Positions 62,101 to 64,000 of a DNA stretch of 64,000 nt are shown piece by piece (the first letter of the stretch is position 1; each line of letters opens with the position of its first letter). Both the position numbers and the translations under genes were made by a program. The stretch is from contig CAIIXF020000001.1 in assembly GCA_903813345.2 (NCBI GenBank), positions 26,226,001-26,290,000 on the forward strand, in the 5' to 3' direction. This DNA comes from Owenia fusiformis (taxonomy: Eukaryota). The notes under the pieces are model-generated. The model had not been told where the DNA came from, did not search any database, and saw only the letters and a program-made list of their open reading frames with translations.

Positions 62101-63972
62101 GGTGTATTACTCATATAGTAAACAATTCTTAATATTTTCCTCATAAAATAATACAAGGCATTAACATGACAAAATGTCACCACCTAGTTGCTCACAATAT
62201 TATTAGTTCAATCTTAAAGGCCCAGTATACTTAATTAAGGAGAAAATATAAAAAAATAATCATTGAAACATGTTACTCACACACTTGCTCAAATATGACA
62301 CAAAGTTTGATTTGCTTTAATATTGAACCAAGAAAAAAATAACTCGCATAGAAAAAGGCATTTGAAATTCGGAGATCATTAGACACGCATGCACATGTTA
62401 AATGTGCATGTTTTAAATTACTGTTGATTTAAAAGATGGCGGCACTTCTATAACTTCTTCTGTTGTTGGTGTCAAATGAAAGATAGGGTTCTTATCAATA
62501 TATTGGACATACTATGAAATTCAAATGTAAGTCTATTTTGCCCAAAATATGCAAATATTGAAAATATGCAAAGTTGGCCTTTAAGTCAGATTTGAACCTC
62601 TGAGAACTTGTAGATAATTTTGAAAAAATGATCAATTTGAAGCAAGTTGAAAAAATACCTTTTGACCTTGAGAAGGTCATTGAAGGTCAAATCTATAGTC
62701 AGATTTGAACTTTTGAGAACTTGTAGATGATTTTGAAAAAAAATTCAAAAGGTTAATTTGAAGCAAGTTGAAAAAGACCTTTTTGACCTTTTTTGACCTT
62801 GAGAATGTCATTGAAGGTGAAATCCCAAATCTGAAGTCAGATGTGAACTTCTGAGAACTTGAAGATGATTTTGAAAAAACAAATTGGTCAATTTGAAGCA
62901 AGTTGAAAAAGAGCTTTTTGACCTTGAGAAGATCATTGAAGGTCAAATCTTAAATATAACGTCAGATTTGAACTTTTTTTGTGACGGCGATCGGCAATCA
63001 CCTACCGCCGAACAGGGAACAGTGTCAACATTACATACATTATAACTAAGATCATTGTTGATGTAATCTGACAGTACATTTTTTGTTTAATTTTATAATG
63101 CTACATATATGAAGCTTTAAAAAAGCATTTATCTTTATCCATTCAAAGAAATGAGATAATCTAGTTCTCAACTTGTATTTGATTTGTTACCCATTGTATA
63201 TGTACCCATTGTATGTTCTGATATAAAAATAAAAGAAATTTTCCCAGAAAGTTGAAATCTCATATTGCCATTTCATTTCTAAACGTTATCAGTTACACCA
63301 AAAACATTGGATTATTTTTCTTATAAAACAGCCTCTTAATACTGTTGTTTCTTACCCTTTTCTTCATTGAAGTATTTTCTTTGTACTGTAGCAATGTTAG
63401 TGTTGGTAAACTGATCACTAATCAACTTGAACAATTTTGTCATATTGCCATTCTCACATGCAGTACTAGGCATTACTATCTAGAAACATACATGTATAGT
63501 CTATAAGCATACAATAATATATTCGATACAAAAATTGTCAATTTGTGAAATGGTCATCAATTGAATTGTTTTGGGGTGGGGCAAAAATTGCCAAAGTAGA
63601 AAAGTACTAGAGGGATTCTGAGGCACGGTTGCTTTTTGAACCAGCAAGGTGTCCTGGTTATGTGGGGAAAGTTCCAATGATTTGTACTGATAATGAGTGA
63701 GTTCATCCATTTTCCATTGTTTATCTGGCTATAAGATGCATCTAATGGTTTTGGTAAATGGGTGATTTACTGAAGGGCATTTTGTTTGTGTAACATAAAA
63801 GAATACAATGTGAAAACCAGTACCTCAACAGGTTGGCACATCTGTAGTTTGGTCATCAGTTTTGGGTATGTAGGGCTGTCTGAGAACTGAGACAGGGAGA
63901 GGATTGGCTGCTTCAGATCTATCTGGGCCATTCCCACTTCACCCCTTGCTATGCCTCGCCCCTCCACAAGGG
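41148..63972 (-). CDS. MSH4: MutS homolog 4 (meiotic MutS-gamma subunit); 5' end lies beyond the window
   Basis: 20 phase-compatible exons (minus strand): 63972-63824, 63479-63356, 62006-61940, 61516-61395, 60476-60333, 60032-59761, 54248-54129, 53414-53348, 52809-52625, 52086-52074, 51902-51857, 51323-51199, 51040-50946, 50728-50681, 48855-48688, 48307-48170, 47557-47487, 47133-47030, 41706-41618 and 41330-41148 (TAG). Motifs: [47 protein letters not shown], Walker [23 protein letters not shown], Walker [17 protein letters not shown]. Confidence 0.96.
43030..43300 (+). promoter_or_regulatory. Putative promoter of the nested THAP gene (NRF1-like palindromes, ZNF143-like motif)
   Basis: TGCGCATGCGC at ~43074 and ~43263 within a duplicated module (aatgcgcatgcgc...gaaccaaaaatggaa), TGCGCATGCA at ~43221, and gcattatgggaagt at ~43143. 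Locally CpG-rich. Confidence 0.45.
43669..43990. mobile_element. TA-flanked MITE with ~85-bp TIRs
   Basis: TA|cctgcacatgttattttctggtacaaaat...ttcaggaaagtatcattaca and tgtaatgatactttcctgaa...ttttgtaccagaaaataacatgtgcagg|TA. Confidence 0.85.
44052..47034 (+). CDS. THAP-domain (C2CH zinc finger) protein, ~269 aa, nested antisense in an MSH4 intron
   Basis: Predicted exons 44052-44462 (acceptor at 44024, donor gtaagc), 46380-46541 and 46798-47034, all phase 0. [19 protein letters not shown]...[11 protein letters not shown]...HLCQDHF...[10 protein letters not shown]. The THAP exon is secure; joining exons 2-3 is inferred from splice sites and open frames. Confidence 0.8.
44688..45137. mobile_element. 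Harbinger-like MITE in a THAP intron
   Basis: TIRs aaagctccatttacacttaccagtct / agactggtcagtgtaaacagagttt, with T/A-rich flanks. Confidence 0.6.
49028..50562 (-). mobile_element. HINE/Helentron-like element carrying ~8 tandem 162-bp core repeats
   Basis: Read on the minus strand: tttatagtacct...aggtacgatattg (subterminal IR), (gcgg)n microsatellite, 162-bp units (plus-strand starts ~49161, 49322, 49491, 49653, 49815, 49977, 50139, 50300), a second aggtacgatattg, hairpin cacatctgtg, and end ccttgtt. Confidence 0.85.
52969..53192. mobile_element. Short TIR element (catgggcgtagccag...ctggatatgcccctg family)
   Basis: Terminal inverted repeats. Related copies lie inside the foldback arms (~14773-15018) and at ~42555. 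Confidence 0.55.
53478..53905 (+). mobile_element. Family D element, copy 3
   Basis: actagatgcgagtagaaataatcttgatttacgtcatt...ggtaactacctactcgcatctgcg. On the minus strand it ends in CTAG|T, which is Helitron-like. Confidence 0.8.
54698..56247. mobile_element. Tc1/mariner-like non-autonomous element (~1.55 kb)
   Basis: Left tacagtgtgagccaaaaaagggtaacccaaacaaagcttaataactcagtcatccagtat pairs with right atactggatgactgatttgttaagctttgattgggttaccctgta. An additional inner inverted repeat pairs ~55805-55880 with ~56085-56160. Confidence 0.7.
56641..56808. mobile_element. pogo/Tigger-like MITE
   Basis: tagagtagaacctgtttacagtgaacacct ... aggtgttcagtatgacaggtttcattgta, with internal ggtgttcacta repeats. 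Confidence 0.6.
57696..59273 (+). CDS. DEG/ENaC (amiloride-sensitive sodium channel family) subunit, single coding exon, 525 aa, nested antisense in an MSH4 intron
   Basis: N-terminal TTHG motif, TM1 ([22 protein letters not shown]), [25 protein letters not shown], Cys-rich thumb ([16 protein letters not shown]...CDCPLSC), NFLRLNVY, and TM2 [22 protein letters not shown] with the GxS filter. Confidence 0.95.
   Translation: MQSNEGKNNDDQGTISHYMSLITTHGCQQIYQSRSKIVKICWTIFLLASVCVATYFVFVAINKYYKYRTHEDTSLKDTYVDFPAVTVCRLDDDGLSRLRSHHAPDKGDAELMIQDVNVLKKIIDSLKDLDLFPLLSKNVQRLLDPQTVLQAFPAIAEYLTYDYERFIVSCQFKDQDCNKTHFVEKMNGKYFNCFTFNHSGIIKKEGPTSGLSLVFYLDTLQENELIDISLEDSAMRFTDSGIKVAIHEPNTIPDMINDGFIVALGHSTNIAVKQSVFEKMESPWGECDKSRVKITDIANEDTDVVYNQKTCMKICQQRYIQGKCGCLNIMLPVPNDLKNEKYCFYIDQDNILQNPNWTHLFLEELKHVDCENKHLLDLPDSYVGQYKCDCPLSCSYKTYDSLISQANWPPQNGVRRFIKKYINEHPTLLNGTDIYKTYEENDTSGDLYNMVQSNFLRLNVYHRSLTVQTTTEVAAYTLQDLVSEIGGIIGICVGMSFLSILELFQLIAIVVNIYRKKARGSRSTN
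60900..61394. repeat. 82-bp higher-order minisatellite (~4.3 copies) built from ~20-bp subunits
   Basis: Units start at 60931, 61013, 61095, 61177 and 61259. The subunit is roughly gatcatgatgtgcctacaca. The array abuts the MSH4 donor site at 61394. Confidence 0.9.
62570..62975. repeat. ~120-135-bp tandem repeat with tgacctt/aaggtca motifs (about 3 copies)
   Basis: gtcagatttgaac...tgagaacttgtagatgattttgaaaaaa...aatttgaagcaagttgaaaaa...ttttgaccttgagaaggtcattgaaggtcaaa is repeated; probably the core of a HINE-like element. Confidence 0.75.
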
Positions 63973-64000
63973 CTGAAAGTACAGAAGACAGGTCATTAGA

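Overview
AT-rich, intron-rich animal genomic DNA. The gene and repeat types suggest a lophotrochozoan, probably a mollusc (inference). There is a 500-N gap at 7415-7914. Six protein-coding genes can be reconstructed by hand from GT-AG exons: (1) catalytic-domain exons of a PDE7-like phosphodiesterase (+, 1127-7185, incomplete at both ends); (2) a two-TM, kinase-less, NIT-GC-like membrane guanylyl cyclase (+, 26001-34478, 683 aa); (3) a SapA-GILT/IFI30 thiol reductase (-, 35541-39289, 256 aa); (4) MSH4 (-, 41148 to beyond 63972, 20 exons visible, one of them a 13-nt microexon); and, nested antisense in MSH4 introns, (5) a spliced THAP zinc-finger gene (+, 44052-47034) whose predicted stop overlaps an MSH4 exon and (6) an intronless DEG/ENaC channel (+, 57696-59273). 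Non-coding DNA holds many non-autonomous DNA elements: Helentron/HINE-like, Tc1/mariner-, piggyBac- and Harbinger-like MITEs, and a 4.5-kb foldback element rich in RFX, Sp/KLF, octamer and CRE motifs. The most unusual signals are: repeated tandem amplification of splice sites (at least 11 copies of an acceptor plus half-exon carrying the PDE metal-binding motif), a NIT-like sensor domain that appears to lack its nitrate-binding arginines, the motif-rich foldback element, and the antisense genes inside MSH4. All family assignments come from motif recognition; no database searches were run.
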